This document shows, piece after piece, positions 1 through 15,000 of a stretch of DNA of 64,000 bases. The stretch comes from an uncultured Coriobacteriia bacterium (GTDB lineage Bacteria; Actinomycetota; Coriobacteriia; Coriobacteriales; QAMH01). How positions within the stretch are numbered: position 1 is the stretch's first letter; each line of letters begins with the position of its first letter. The notes beneath the pieces are model-generated. The model saw only the letters and a program-made list of their open reading frames with translations. It did not search any database and was not told the DNA's origin. The stretch spans positions 162,664 through 226,663 of the forward strand of contig CAOKAE010000001.1 of NCBI GenBank assembly GCA_948466335.1. The letters are read 5' to 3'. A program made the translations under genes and the position numbers.

Positions 1-2
1 GA

Positions 3-3000
3 TCGTGGAACACTTCCAAAGCAACGAGCTTCGTAGGTATGTTTACTGGTTGCTCAAATCTGAAGGAACTCGATTTTACCAACTGGACTGTTACCGGTTC
101 GGTCAACAAGACCAACATGCTCTCGAACATGGGAGCAATCGAGAGGATGACGCTCAACTCCAACGTGAACATTAACGGTACCGGTTTGGGTAACACGGCG
201 AGTCGTGGCGACAACGCGGGTACGTGGAAGTCGGGAGCATGGTCCGGAACCACCGCGAATCTTGTGAGTCGCTACTCCGGATCCGGAGCACCCTCTGGCA
301 TCCAAACCTACGACTTCTTCTACGAGTCCGGCTTTGCCTCCAACGCAAATGTCCATTGGTCCTTCGACAAGACCTCGAGCACTTTGACCATCGATGCAAC
401 AGGTGCCTCTACCAAATCTGTCAGCGAGACTGCCGATCAGCTTCCGTGGCTCCCCTCGGTTGGCGCGGCAGCCATTAAGGCGATCACGACTCTCGGAGCA
501 ATCGCACCAAATACTCTGGCATCTTGGTTCGCGAACTATGCGAACCTCATCAGTTTTGACGGCAGGGGCATCGACGTCTCGCATTGCACTTCGTTCGAGT
601 CTCTCTTCCGTGGCGACACCTTCCTCTCCGCTATCGACATCTCGGGTTGGAACATGGATGCGGTTGCGGGTGCGCCCCGCGACAACATGTTCGCGAATTG
701 CACCACCCTCACGACGCTCACCGTAAGCGAGACCGTCATTCTTACAGGCACCGGCCTGAGCGACTCGTTCTCGAAGCGCGAGCCGCGAGCGGGAACCTGG
801 GACTGCTCCGATGGTGTCTGGTTTGGCACGACGGGCAATCTCGCCACTCGTTATTCTGCTTCCAAGACCGCCGCGCAGCGTCCCTCGAACGCGGCGGGCG
901 CACTAATATATACGTGGCATCCGAATCAGATCGGCGGCCGCTTCGAAAACGACAATACCTGGTGGACTTTCGCCGATGGTCTGCTCACCATCGGAGCGGA
1001 TTCCGTCAACTCGCGTGGCACCGCAATTGGCGCTGCCGACAAGAAGGTGACCGAGGCGGCGGCAATGGTTCCCTGGATCACCACGGGGGCCATCCCCACC
1101 GGATCGTTTGCAGTCCGTTCCGTCGTGACGCGCAACGGAGTCGCCCCCGTCAACTTCGAGAACTGGTTCAAGGGCTACGTCTCGATGCTCACCTTCGACG
1201 GAACGGGAATGAACGTCGAGTACGCGACGAGCTTCGCGTTCCTCTTTGCGGATGCTGGCGTCACGACCATGAATCTCACGGGTTGGGTCATGCAGCCGAG
1301 CGCCCCGCGCGACAACATGTTCTCCAACAACTCGTCGCTCCGCCGTCTCCTCCTGAGTGGTGACGTAATTCTTACTGGTACCGGAATAGAAACCCTTGCC
1401 GAGCATGGCACCGCAAACGGTTCTTGGGCAACTGAGGACAGTGCCTGGTTTGGATCGAGTGAGAACCTTGCGGCTCGCTATCCCGTCTCCTCTTCCATAG
1501 AGGGAGATGCTACAGGGTCCTTCACATACGTCTGGGATCCTTCGATGCGTTCCGGTCGTTTTGATGGCAACGATTCCGTCTACTGGATTTATACGAACGG
1601 TACCATCACTATTGGTGCCGACGCTGGCTCCACCAATACTATAGTGACGCAGGATGCTTCGAACCTTCCGTGGAACGGAGTCATTCGCAAGGATCAGGTC
1701 AATTACGTTGTCTTCCGCGCCACGGGCGATGCGAGCAACCCCACGCGCGTCAAGCCGGTGAACCTCGGCGGCAACGGCACTGTCACCGACGGCTGGTTCG
1801 CGGAGTACACTTCGCTGGTTAGCTTCAACGGAACGGGCATCGACCTTTCCCTGACCCACTCTCTCGCCAACCTCTTCCGTGGTTGCAGCGCCCTCAACTC
1901 TCTTTCGGGTGTTGCCAGTTGGAACACCAGCAGCATTACCTCGCTCGAGGGTCTTTTCGACGGCTGTAACCTCATGACCGTCCAGCCCACCATCGGCGAC
2001 TGGGACACCTCGCACGTCACCAACTTCGCCCACATGTTCCGCAACACCAAGGACCTCGTCACCATCGATGCGCTGGCTAGGTGGAACGTCACCGCGGCGC
2101 AGACCTTCGAGGGCATGTTCGAGGGCTGCAACTTCGTCGTCACGCTCGACATCTCCGGCTGGAACATGCCGGCTTCGGCAATCCGCACCAACATGTTCGC
2201 CTATCTCGAGGCCATCGCGACCCTCAAGATCTGCCAGACCGTCATCCTCGAGGGCACGGGCATCGACGACCCGGAGCTCGTGAAGACGCGCGTCGCCTCC
2301 GCCGGTAGCTGGGATTGCTCCGATGGCATCTGGTTCGGCACGACCGAGAACCTCAAGAATCGCTATGCCGGTAACTCCATCGTCCCCGGCGCGCTCGTCT
2401 ACACGTGGTCGAGCAACAATCTGCGCGGTCGCTTTGACAGCAATGACAACGCCTGGTGGAAGTTCGACCGCACGGCCGGCGCGCTCACGCTCGGCACCGA
2501 CGAGTACAAGGGGACGGGTCCCAACCCCAATCCGTCGCTCGTCAACCGCACCGTGACCGAAGGCGCGACGAACGTTCCCTGGCTCAAGGCCATCGGCGAG
2601 AACTACGCCGTCCTCATCAACATGGTCACCATCGAGGCCGACGGCAACCCCGGCAAGAACTTCAACCCCGTCAACTTCGCGGCGTGGTTCAAGAACTACC
2701 ACCGCCTGACGAGCTTCGATGGCGCCGGTCTTGACCTTGCCGGCAACACCTCGCTCGCCGAGCTCTTCTCCGGCGACGAGCGCCTGAGCACCGTGACGGG
2801 CCTCGAGAACTGGGATGTCTCGCGCATCCAGAGCTTCGCCTCCATGTTCGAGGGTGCGGCGAGCCTCACGCAGCTCTCCGGTGTTTCCGGTTGGAACACC
2901 GCCTCCCTCACTAATACTAGTGCGATGTTCAGGAACGCGAGCTCGCTGCTCATGTTCGTCGATGGTGCCGCATGGAACGTCACGGGCGTCACCAACTTCG

Positions 3001-6000
3001 CCAACATGTTCGACGGGTGTGTCAACCTCGTGACGCTCGACATCTCGGGCTGGAACATGAACGCCGCTTCCAACCGCACGGCCATGTTCGCTTCCTGTGG
3101 CAAGCTCGGCACCATTGCCGCCTTTGGTCAGGGTGTCTTCACCGTAGGACCAGGCGTTATCCTGGAGGGCACGAGCTTTAACAGCGACCTGCAGGGCCTG
3201 AAGGTCACCCAGGGTTCCTGGGAGGGAACTCCTGACGGTGCCTCCAGCTCTACGTGGTTTGGCTCCACCTCGAACCTCGCCACGCGTTATCCCGCCTCCA
3301 AGGACGCCGAGGGCTTTATGGCCGGCAAGATGGCCTACATCTGGAAGGCCGGGGTCATGGCGGGCCGTTTCGACAACGACAACACGTGGTGGACCTTCGC
3401 CGACGGCGTGCTCACCATCGGTAGCGACTACCAGGGAATCAACCACGACGTGACCATCACCGAGACCGAGTCCGGCGCCGCCTCCAAGCTCATGCCCTGG
3501 CTTGCGGCCATCGGCTCCAAGGACGTGGTCACACGCGTCGTGACGGTTGCCGACAAGAAGGTCGCGCCGCTCAACCTCAACTTCTGGTTCGCCAACTATC
3601 CCAACCTCGTGAACTTCAACGGCATTGGCTTTGTCACGACCAATACTTCGAGCATCGCCGGCCTCTTCGAGGGCGACACCAAACTCGCGACCATCACGGG
3701 TATCGACGGGTGGGATACCGCGAACATTAACATCTACTCGACCGCATTCAAGAACAACAGCGCCCTCACCTCGCTCGACATTTCGGGCTGGAACATGAAG
3801 GGCTCTGCCGTGCGCGACGAGATGCTCATCGGCCTCAACGCCCTCACCTCGATCACGGTTGGCCCGCGGGTTATCTTCGAGGGCACGGGCTTCGATGACA
3901 CGCTCGCCGCCCATCTGCCCACCAACGGATCTTGGGCCTACACCGCCGCCGGCAACCCCTGGTTCGGCTCGACGGGCGATGTCGCCCGCCGTTATCCCGC
4001 GGCCAAGGACGGCGTCGGCAATGGCTTCACCGATGACATCACCTACACCTGGTCGACTGCGCTGCGTGGCCGCTTCGTGAGCAACGACAACGCCTGGTGG
4101 AGCTACAACACAAGCACCCATACGCTCACCCTGGGTACCGACGCAGGCTCCAACAAGATGGTCACCGAGTTCGAGACTTCCGCTACCTCGCGCGTGCTGC
4201 CCTGGCACAAGGCGGGTCTCATCCGCGCCCATACCACCGGTGCCAACAACACCTGGACCGGCCGCTACATCACCTCCATCGTGGTGACCGGACGTCTTGC
4301 CCCCATGAACCTCGCCTTCTGGTTTGCCGGCTACACCGACGTGACCAGCATCGATGCGTCGGGCATGGACATCTCCCAGCTCCTCGCTTCGCCCAACGGC
4401 ACGCTCTCTAGCACCTTTGCCGGCGACACGGCGCTTGCTTCCCTCAATCTCACCGGCTGGAACTGGACCGCCTCCACGCCGCATGGCCTCATGCTCGCCA
4501 ACCTGCCCGCCATTACTTCGATCACCCTCGACAGGGTTGCCGTGCTTGCCGGGACGGGCTTTGGCTGCGGAGCCGACGGCACCACACCGTTGTCCTCGCG
4601 CGTGACCACCGCCGGTCACTGGACCATGGACTCCAACAGCGCCGATACGCCGTGGTTCGACTGCACCGAGCAGCTTATCGCCCGCTACGGCGCCGATAAG
4701 TCCGCCACCTTCAACTTCGGCGCGGCTTCGGGCACGACTCGCACGCTTGCTCAGATCGTCACCACCACGCACACCTATACCTGGGCATCGGGCGTGCGCG
4801 GTCGCTTCCCGAGTAACCTCTACGCCTGGTGGACCTTCTCGGGCGGCGTGCTCACCATCGGGGTCGAGCAAAACGCGCCGGACAAGACCGTCGCCGAATA
4901 CGACGGCACCATGCAGTACATGAAGGCGGACAAGACGCTCGCCCCCACGACCAACCTCACGCTGCCGTGGCTTGCCCCCATCAACGGCAAGACCAAGATC
5001 ACCTCCGTGGTCACCCAGAACAGCATCGCGCCGCTCAACATGACCGGGTGGTTCGCGGGCCTCACGGCTCTCACGCGCTTTGACGGCACCGGCATCAACC
5101 CTGCTAGGGCCACGAGTCTCCATCGTCTCTTCTTTGGCGACAGAGCGCTCACCACCATCACGAACATTGCCGATTGGGGTGTGAGCAACGTCACGGACTT
5201 CGCGTACTCGTTCTCCGGCCTTTCCTCGCTCAAGACCCTCACCGAGATCGCCGGTTGGACCGTCACCGCGGCTCGCACCTTCGAGGGCACGTTCGCCAAC
5301 GACGTCAGCCTCGAGCGCCTGCACCTCGCCGTCGACGATTCGCACTGGTACATGCCGTCGGACGCCATCTTCACCAACATGTTCAGTGGCCTGCGTGACC
5401 TCATCTACCTCAAGGTCTCCAACGGCGTCATCCTCAACGGTCCCGCCAAGGACTCCGGCTTCGACAACACGCTCGACAGGCACCTTCCCAAGAACGGTAC
5501 CTGGGCCGAGCTCGACGATGACGTGACCGAGCATAATCCCATCAGCAGCTCGCTCATCGGCAACACCGCCGACCTTGCCGCGCGCTATCCGGCAGATCAC
5601 AACAATTACTACACGGTCACCTACAAGTTCCTCGAGGGCTACATGCGCGGTCGCTTCGAGAACACCAACGTGTGGTGGGAGTACAATAAGGGCCAGCTCT
5701 CCGTGGGCGTCGACGATCCCACCTTGTCCGTCGAAGTCACCGAGTTCGAGGCCGCTGACGGCTCCGTGACCATGCCCTGGCGTTCACTTATCGTGGATCC
5801 CAACAACGACCCCGACACCCGCGTCACCTCGTTCGTGTCCTCGCCCGAGCTCGGTACCATCTCGCCGCTCACCCTCGAACGCTGGTTCAAGGGTTACGTG
5901 CACCTCCTGAGCTTCAACGGCAACGGCCTCGATCTCTCCAAGGTTACTTCCATGGAAAGCGTACTCGATGGCTGCACGTCCCTGACCAAGGTCATCTGGC

Positions 6001-9000
6001 CCGCAAACTCCAACACCACCGGAGCGCTCACCTCGCTCAAGAACCTCCTCAATGGCGCCATCAACGTGACCACGCTCACCGGCATGGGCAACTGGGACAC
6101 CTCCAACGTCACCTGCTTCGATAACGCCTTCGCCGGCCTCGGCAAGATCACCGAGCTCGACATCCACAGCTGGGTCATGGAGAACGGCACCAACGCCAAC
6201 ATGCTCCAGGACTGCAAGGGCCTGCGCAAGCTCACCCTGGGCCAGGGCGTGCGCCTGGGCGACGCTGCCGGCTTCAACAACGCCCTGCCCGACCTCGATG
6301 CCAACGATGGCATGTGGGTCTACACCAATGACGAGGGCGACGAAATCTGGTTCGATTGCACCACGCGACTCTCCGATCGCTATTCAGGGAACGATCAGGG
6401 TCGCGCACCACCCGCGGGCACGATCACGTATATCTGGGATTCCACGCGCCTGGGCGGCCGTTTCCTGAGCAACCAAAACGCCTGGTGGTACTACGTCAAG
6501 GCCACGAAGGCACTGCACCTGGGAGCAGACGGCGGCGCGGACGTAGACAAGTCCATCGACGAGACGGACTCGACTGCGGCAAACCTGCCCTGGAGGCAAC
6601 CTGCGGCTGATGGCACCCCCATCGTTGCCAACTACACCACCTCCATCACCTCCGTGCAGACCAAGGGCGGTCTCGCACCCACCTCACTCGAAAGCTGGTT
6701 CGACGGCCACACGGGCCTCACGACCTTCGACGGCGCCGGTCTCGACGTGCGCTACGTTACGAGCATGGCCTTCACGTTCCGCGGATGCACCACCCTCACG
6801 ACCGTGCGTGGCATCACCGCCTGGAACACCCCCTTGCTCATCACGCTCGAGTCGATGTTCGAGAACTGCCTGCGCCTTACCTCGCTTCAGACCCTCGCGA
6901 GCTGGTCTGTCTCGAAGGTCACCACCTTCAAGAACATGTTCTACAACTGCAATCACCTGCAGTATGTTACCGGCACGGGTAGCTGGGACACGAGCTACGC
7001 CGACACGTTCGAGAACATGTTCATGAACACGCGAAACCTTCTCAAGATCGACCTTGAGAACTGGACCATCGCCGCCGATGACATCGTCACGAACATGTTC
7101 ACCAACGCCGAGAAGCTCGACGAGGTCTCCCTTGGCGCCAAGTACGACGCGATGTGCAATGACGGCAAGGGCATCATCGAGCCTACCCGCACCATCACCA
7201 AGCATCTCTACTCCAACGGCACCATGCACGAGGTGGAGGAGTGCCCCAACAACACCAACAGGCCCGGTTCGTCGAGTGGCACCTCCAGGACCTGGACCTT
7301 CGGCAACGGCTACACGAGCAAGATCAAGCTCACGTTCAAGGGCGGCTGGGACACCACGGGCTGGTGGTACTACCACGGAACGCTGCGCGTCACTGACTCG
7401 AACGGCAAGGAGTGGCTGAACGCCTACAACAGCTCGCGTGGTTCCGACTGGACCATCGAGACCACGGCCCAGTACCTCTACATCACCCTCTCGAACAGCT
7501 CCTATGCGAGCTCCAAGGGCTTCCATGCCGAAATCACCCTCTTCAACACGGGCGTGTGGAAGAACTCAGCGCCTAATCCCTACTGGATCGGCAGCTGGGA
7601 CGAACTCAACGATTCGAACCGCGAGCGCACCGATCCCGGTATCGGGCCGGATGCGATGGCGGGCACCTACCAGTGGAAGCTCGGCGAGGTCGGCGGCCGC
7701 TTCGATTCCAATCTCAAGGCCTGGTGGGAGTACCACCGCGACACCAAGGTGCTTGACCTGCACGGTCCTACCGACAATTACCGCGACAAGATCGTGACCG
7801 AGACCGCGGCCGAGCAGCCGTGGGTCACCTGGCCCAACCTCAACATCAAGGGCATTGCCACCGAGGTCACGACGAGCGACAACATTACGCTCCAGAACCC
7901 CGCGAACTGGTTTGCCGACTACCTCGCGTTGGCCACCATCGACGTGAGCGCCATGCGCATCTCGTCTACAGCCACGAGCCTCGAGAAGATGTTCTTCAAG
8001 ACCACGACAAGCGCCAAGCTCACCACACTCACCGGTCTCGAAAACTGGGATATATCGAGCATCACGACCATGGCCTCGATGTTCGCAGGCAACACCGCGC
8101 TACCGCTTTCCGGTATCTCTGCCTGGAACACCGCCAATGTCACCGACTTCTCCGGTGTCTTTGCCAACAACCATGCCCTGACCGCCCTTACGCAGGTCAT
8201 GGATTGGGACACCTCGGCCGCCACCACCATGGCGCGTATGTTCTATGCCACCGACATCGTTTCCCTTGACCGACTCAAGCCCCATACGGCCACCATTAAC
8301 GATGTGGAGCGCGACTGCTGGAACGTTTCCAAGGTGACGGACTTCTCCTGGATGTTCGGAGCATGCGTCGAACTGCTCAATGCCGAGGGCATTGCCACCT
8401 GGGTCGTAGCCAACGCATCCCTCGAAAGCATGTTCAGCGGAGACACGGCCCTGGCCTCCGTCGACGTCTCGGGTTGGGACATGATGAGTGCGCCCTCCAT
8501 CACGGGCATGTTCACCAACAACAAGGGCATCATTAAACTGCGCCTCGGCCTCAAATCCGTGCTCACCGGTACGGGCATTACCAACGAGCTTGCCGATCAC
8601 GGCGTGGCCGACGGCAAGTGGCTGCGCGAGGACGGACGCTGGTACGACAGCTCGACCAACCTCGCCGCCATCTACCCGACCACCGGCCCCAAGTACCAGC
8701 AGGTTTACCTCTACACCTGGGACAACATGCCCGGTGGCCGCTTTGCCAAGGGCCAGGGCATCGAGAACGCCTGGTGGCGCTACGACAAGAGCTCCCAGAC
8801 GCTGCTCATCGGCACCTCCGATATCGAGGCCTCGCCCGATGGCACCTATAACTACGAGATCGAGGATGCCTGGGATGAGCTTCCGTGGGCCACGATCTTT
8901 ACCGGCGAGGACATCCAGAGCGTCGTCATCACCGGTGGCATCAAGCTCATCAACCCCGCCTTCTGGTTCAAGAACTACACGGCGCTTCTCGACTTCGACG

Positions 9001-12000
9001 GCGCCGGCCTCGACCTTTCCATGGCCACTAACCTTGCCGTCGACGCGACGGGCGCCAAGACGCACTCCGTCGAGGGCTTCCTCATGGGATGCACCTCCCT
9101 CGAGAGGGTCACCGGCATCGACGCCTGGGGCGACACCCTGCATTCCATCAAGGACCTCTTCCGCGGTGACGTCAGGCTTCAGGAGCTCTCGGGTATCGAG
9201 TACTGGCTCAACACCACCGGCATCACCGACATGTCCGGTGCCTTCTGGGACACCTCATCGCTCACCGAGCTCTCGTTCCTGCGCAATTGGAACGTCTCCA
9301 ACGTCACCGACTTCTCCAACATGTTCAACGGTGCCATCGGCCTCGCGTCCCTCAACGACATCCGCGTGTGGGACACCTCGAGCGCCGTCAATCTCTCGGG
9401 CATGTTCGCCAACACCAAGCTCGTGGACGTGGAGCTCACGCCCTGGAACGTCAACAATGTCACCAACTTCTCGGGCATGTTCCGCAACTGCGCCGACATG
9501 GCCACTCTCAACATCTCCACCTGGAACATGGAGGCTGCCACCAACCTGGCCAACATGTTCACGGGCTGCAAGAGCCTCGTCACGGTCGTCTTCGGCGAGC
9601 ATAACGTCCTGGCTGTGACCGACGGCACGACCACCACTTACACCGGCTTCGACGACAGCCTCACCGACCGCAACGCCTACGACGGACGTTGGCAGCTGCG
9701 CGGCGGCGTGTGGTATGACGGCACGCAGCGCCTGGCCGAGCGCTACACCCTGGGAAGCCAGCTTACGGGCACCCTCACCTACGATTGGCAGGAGGATAGC
9801 CCCGGCGGTCACTTCATCAAGAACCCGAGCGCCTGGTGGACCTTCGACAAGCCCACGGGCACGCTCACCATCGGCATCGACGCCGGCGCCACCGATCTCA
9901 CCATCCCCGAGCTGGCCACCGAGCTGCCCTGGCGCCTGTACCAGTACCAGAAGTTCCATGACAACATGAAGGCCGTGGTCTTCCGCAACGACGCCGCGCC
10001 GCTCAACCCCGCTTCGTGGTTCGAGAACTACAACTTCATCCAGCGCTTCGAGGGCGGCTCCATGAACCCCGGCCTTGCTACCGACTTCTCGAAGATGTTC
10101 GCCGGCTGCACGGCGCTTACCGACCTCGTGGGCATCACCAACTGGAACCTCGCGAGCGCGACCAACCTCTCGCAGATGTTCTACGACTGCGACTCGCTCG
10201 CCACGCTCGCGGGCATCGCTCGCTGGAACGTCTCCAACGTCGAGGACTTCTCCCTCATGTTCGCCCAGGCCCTCAACGACAAGGGCCAGGTCGTGGGTAC
10301 GGGCCTCGTTGACGCTTCGGCCATCAAGAACTGGAACTTCGCCTCGGCAAAGACGCTGGCCTCCATGTTCCAGAACGACCATCAGCTCACCACCGTCGAC
10401 TTTTCCGGATGGGACGTTGTCACCGGTGCACCCAACCTGACCAACATGCTCGCCGGTGCCGTTTCGCTCTCCAAGATGACGCTCGGCCCGCGTTCGGTGC
10501 TCGAGGGCGCCGGCCTCGACAACATCACCACCCGCCGCGACCAAGACGGCCGCTGGTACCTGCCCAACTTCACCTGGTTCGGCGATTGCACCGACATGAA
10601 GGCTCGCTACAGCACCGCCGGCAATACCCTGGGCAACGTGCTCGTTTACACCTGGGACGGCACGACGCTGGGCGGTCGCTTTGCCAACCAGAACACCTGG
10701 TGGACCTACACCAAGGCCTCCAAGCTGCTTACCATCGGCTCTGACGGTGGCTCCAACAAGACCATCACCGAGACCTACGACCAGCTTCCCTGGAAGGACA
10801 TTCCCGGTTTGGCCAACGTGCTTTCCGTCAACACCAACGGCTCCACGATCATCCAGAACCCCGCCAACTGGTTTGCCAACCATACGGGCCTCGTGAGCTT
10901 CGATGGCACGGACATGAACGTGACCGGTGCCACCGATCTTTCCGGCATGTTCCAAAACGATCGCGCCCTCACCACCATCACCGGCGTGGACGAGTGGGAC
11001 ACCTCGGCTGCCACCACGTTTGCGAATATGTTCGCAGGTTGCACGAGCCTCCCCAACAACGACGCCATCGCCTACTGGAACACGAGTTCCGTCACCGACT
11101 TCTCGTCCATGTTCGCGGGCGATACGGCCCTTGCCTCGCTTAACCTGGCTGGGTGGGACATGACCAACGCCACCACCGTTGCCGGCATGCTCTCCGGCTG
11201 CACGGCCATCAGCCAGCTCATGCTCGGCAACACGAGCGTGCTCGAGGGCGCGGGTCTGGATGACACCCTGAAGGGCCGTACCAAGTACGACGGCACCTGG
11301 GTGCGCGCCGATGGCCTGTGGTTCGATCGCTCCTCGAACCTTTCCGCGCTCTATGCGTTTGGCGGCAACACCCGCGGTGCCGATCGCATCTATACCTGGG
11401 ACGGCACCTTCCTCGGTGGCCGCTTCCCGAGCAACGAGAAGGCCTGGTGGAAGTACATCAAGGCGACGCGCACCCTCGACCTTGGTACCGATGGCATCGA
11501 GGCCCAGGCTGTGACCGAGCGCTACGACCAGCTTCCCTGGCTCGACATCGAGACCATCGGCTTCACCACGACCATCACGTCCCATGGCCACCTGGTGCTG
11601 CCCGAGGACGCCTCCTACTGGTTCGCGACCTCCAAGATCGAGGACCGCGGTTGGATCACGCTTCCCGCGTCCTACAACGACTGGGGTCATCACTCCGTCG
11701 GGTGGTCCGTCAATGGCAACGCCATCACCATCACCGGCGAAAGCGGCTGGGCCGAGATGTGGACGCCCATGTCCCTCGAGGCAGGCACCTACTACGTCGC
11801 GATCAAGCATAGGCTGACGGGCTTCCATATCAACCTGGAAGTCCTCACGACCATGTCCGGCCTGCCCAATACGCATGATATCCACTACGGTCAGCTCGCC
11901 GCTCCCGGTGCCTACGCCGTGCTCAACACGACGAACACCACCCTCGAGCACATCTTTACCTTCACGATAGCGAACTCTGGTACCTATTATCTGAACTTCA

Positions 12001-15000
12001 ACATCGACCCCATCTCGGATGGCAGCACCGCGACGTTCACCATCGACGACCTCTTCGTCTGCAAGAACCCGGCCTACATGCTCGTCACCTCCTTCGACGG
12101 CACGGGCCTCGATCCCTCCAACACCACGAGCCTCGAGGGCTTCTTCGAGGACGACGTCAGGCTTGCCACGGTGCAGGGCACGGCCGCCTGGAACACTGCC
12201 AAGGTGGAGAACTTCGCCTACATGTTCAAGGGATGCAAGAGCCTGTCCAACCTCTCGCGCATCTCCACTTGGAACATGAGCGGCGCCCACTTCCTCACCA
12301 GTATGTTCGAAGGCTGCACGGCGCTCCAGGACAACAACGCGCTCACGAGCTGGAACACCAGCCACGTCACTGACTTCACCTCGATGTTCAAGGGCGACAC
12401 GGCACTCACCACCCTGGACGTCTCGGGCTGGAACATGCAGCTCGCGACCCTCTCCGATGGCGAGTACGTGGGCATGAAGGATATGATCGCCGGTTGCACG
12501 GCCCTCAACACCATCATCGCCTCGGGCTCCTCCGTGCTCATGGGCAGCGGTCTGGGTGACACCCTTCCCGGTCGTGCCCGTTGGGATGGCGTCTGGGAGA
12601 TCCCCGATGGCTCCTGGTATGACTGTTCCGACCGTCTTGCCGGTAGGTATCCGCGTCGCAGCAACTTCACCGACAAGATCACCTATCGCTGGAACAGCAC
12701 GGTGCGTGGCGGCCGCTTCGAGCCGGACTGCTCCAAGTGGTGGAGGCTCACCGACGAGGACGGCAACGGCAGCTTCGAAACGCTGACCATCGGCATCAAC
12801 GATGCCGAGGAGTCCCTGACCAATCCCAACGTCAGCACCCTGGCCGCCAACCTCCCGTGGCTGTTCGTCTACAACTCCGATCCGGTTGCCTCCGCGGCCG
12901 CGGCCAAGTCCACCATCACCACGCTCAAGACCTGGACCTTCGACGTGAACATTCCGCTCGTCGCCGAGAGCCCGAGTGCCTGGTTCCAGGGCTACACGGC
13001 CCTGCGCGACATCGAGGTGAGCGGCATGGACGTGGGTTCGGCACACGACACGAGCAAGATGTTCAAGGACTGCACCAACCTCACCACCGTCAATGGCATG
13101 CAGAAGTGGTCCGTTGTTTACGTGAGCAACTTCGCGAGCATGTTCGAGAACTGCGCCAAGCTCACCGCTCTCGACATCTCCGGCTGGCACATGTTCTCGG
13201 CCAACAGCACCGATGCCGTCGCGCACATGTTCTCGGGCTGCAGCTCCATCGCCTCGCTCACCGTGGCCGGTGACGTCGTGCTCGTGGGCAGCGGCCTGGA
13301 TGACACGCTCGCGAGCCGCGCGCGCACCCAGGGCATGTGGGAGCTTGCCGATGGTACCTGGTTCGACTGCTCCGAGCGCCTGTCCATGCGCTACCCGCTC
13401 TATCCGCGCTCCGCTTCCGACGAGGTGTTCGAGGATACGCTCACCTACCTCTGGAACGGCAAGGTCCTGGGTGGTCGCTTCGAGCCCAACGACGTGAGCT
13501 GGTGGAAGCTCACCGACGAGGACGAGAACGGCACCTTCGAGACGCTCACGATGGGTACCGAGCGCTCCAACTCGGTGCACTTCGTCGCGGCCGACCTGCC
13601 GTGGCTCGCGGCCCGTCCCACGGTCAAGAACGAGCTCACCACCGTCAACACGGTGACGGCTTCCACTAACGGTGGCCTCAACATCATGTTCCCGCAGGGC
13701 TGGTTCGAGGACTACGTGAACCTCAGGGACTTCGATGCCACCAACATGGACGTCAACAACGCCACGTCGCTCAAGGATATGTTCAAGGGCGACAAGGCGC
13801 TGGCGAACCTCGTGGGCACCGATACCTGGCATACCGGCAACGTCACCGATTTCTCCGGTGTCTTCCAGGGTAACGCCGCCCTTAACCAGGACAGCCTCGA
13901 CCGCCTGGCCGCCTGGGACGTCTCGCAGGCCACTACCATGGCGTCCATGTTCGAGGGCTGCGCGACCATTGCCGACCTCGCGCCCTTGGCAAACTGGGAT
14001 ATCTCCAAGGTCACCGATCTTACGGCCATGTTCAAGGGCGCCTCGTCCATCACCGACCAGTCGCCCATAGGGAAGTGGGACACGAGCTCCGTCACCTCCT
14101 TCGCCGAGATGTTCCGCAATTGCTCCTCGCTCAAGGACATCGACCTGTCCACCTGGCAGATGGTCGGCAAGAATGTGGCCGACATGCTTTCCGGGTGCCG
14201 TGCGCTCTATCACATCAAGACGGGCCCCACCACCGTTCTGGAGGGCACCGGCCTTGCCAACCTCGTCGACCATGGCCAGGAGAAGGGTACCTGGTTCAAC
14301 ACGGACCGCAGCTGGTACGACGGCTCGGCCATCCTCGCCGCGCACTACCCGGCCAGCGGCAACATGCACCCCAACGACGACTACTACTTCTACGCCATCA
14401 TCCAGGGCCGCTTCGACAGCAACAACAACGTCTGGTGGCGCTATGACATGAACGAGCACTCCCTCACGCTGGGCCTCGAGAAACCCAACGAGTCCAACGA
14501 GGTGCAGGAGCTCTACAACCAGCTCCCGTGGGGCAGCCTCGCGCCACCCGACATGCCCAAGGGTAAAGACATCACCTCCATGATCGAGAAGGTGTACGTC
14601 GACGGTGACGACACCACCATTCGCATCATGAACCCCTCGCAGTGGTTCAGGAACTACGTGGCCCTGACCAGCATCGAGGCCGAACAGTTCGACATCTCCG
14701 GAGCCACCGACATCTCCGGCATGTTCCAGGGCGACTACAAGCTTTCCTCGCTCAATCTCTCCAAGTGGGATCTCACCAAGCCGGGTCTCAACATCACCGA
14801 CCTCCTGGACGTCAACCCCATTGATACCACGGGCTGGGAGCGCGGCGACATCGCGCTCAACGAGCTCATCCTGGGACCCACCTCCGTCCTTCAGGGCACG
14901 GGCTTCGAGACCATCGCATCTCATGTTGACTTCGCCGGCCAGTGGCTGAGCTCCGCTGACGGTAGCTTCCGCGGCACCAACGCCGACCTGCTCGCCAAGT

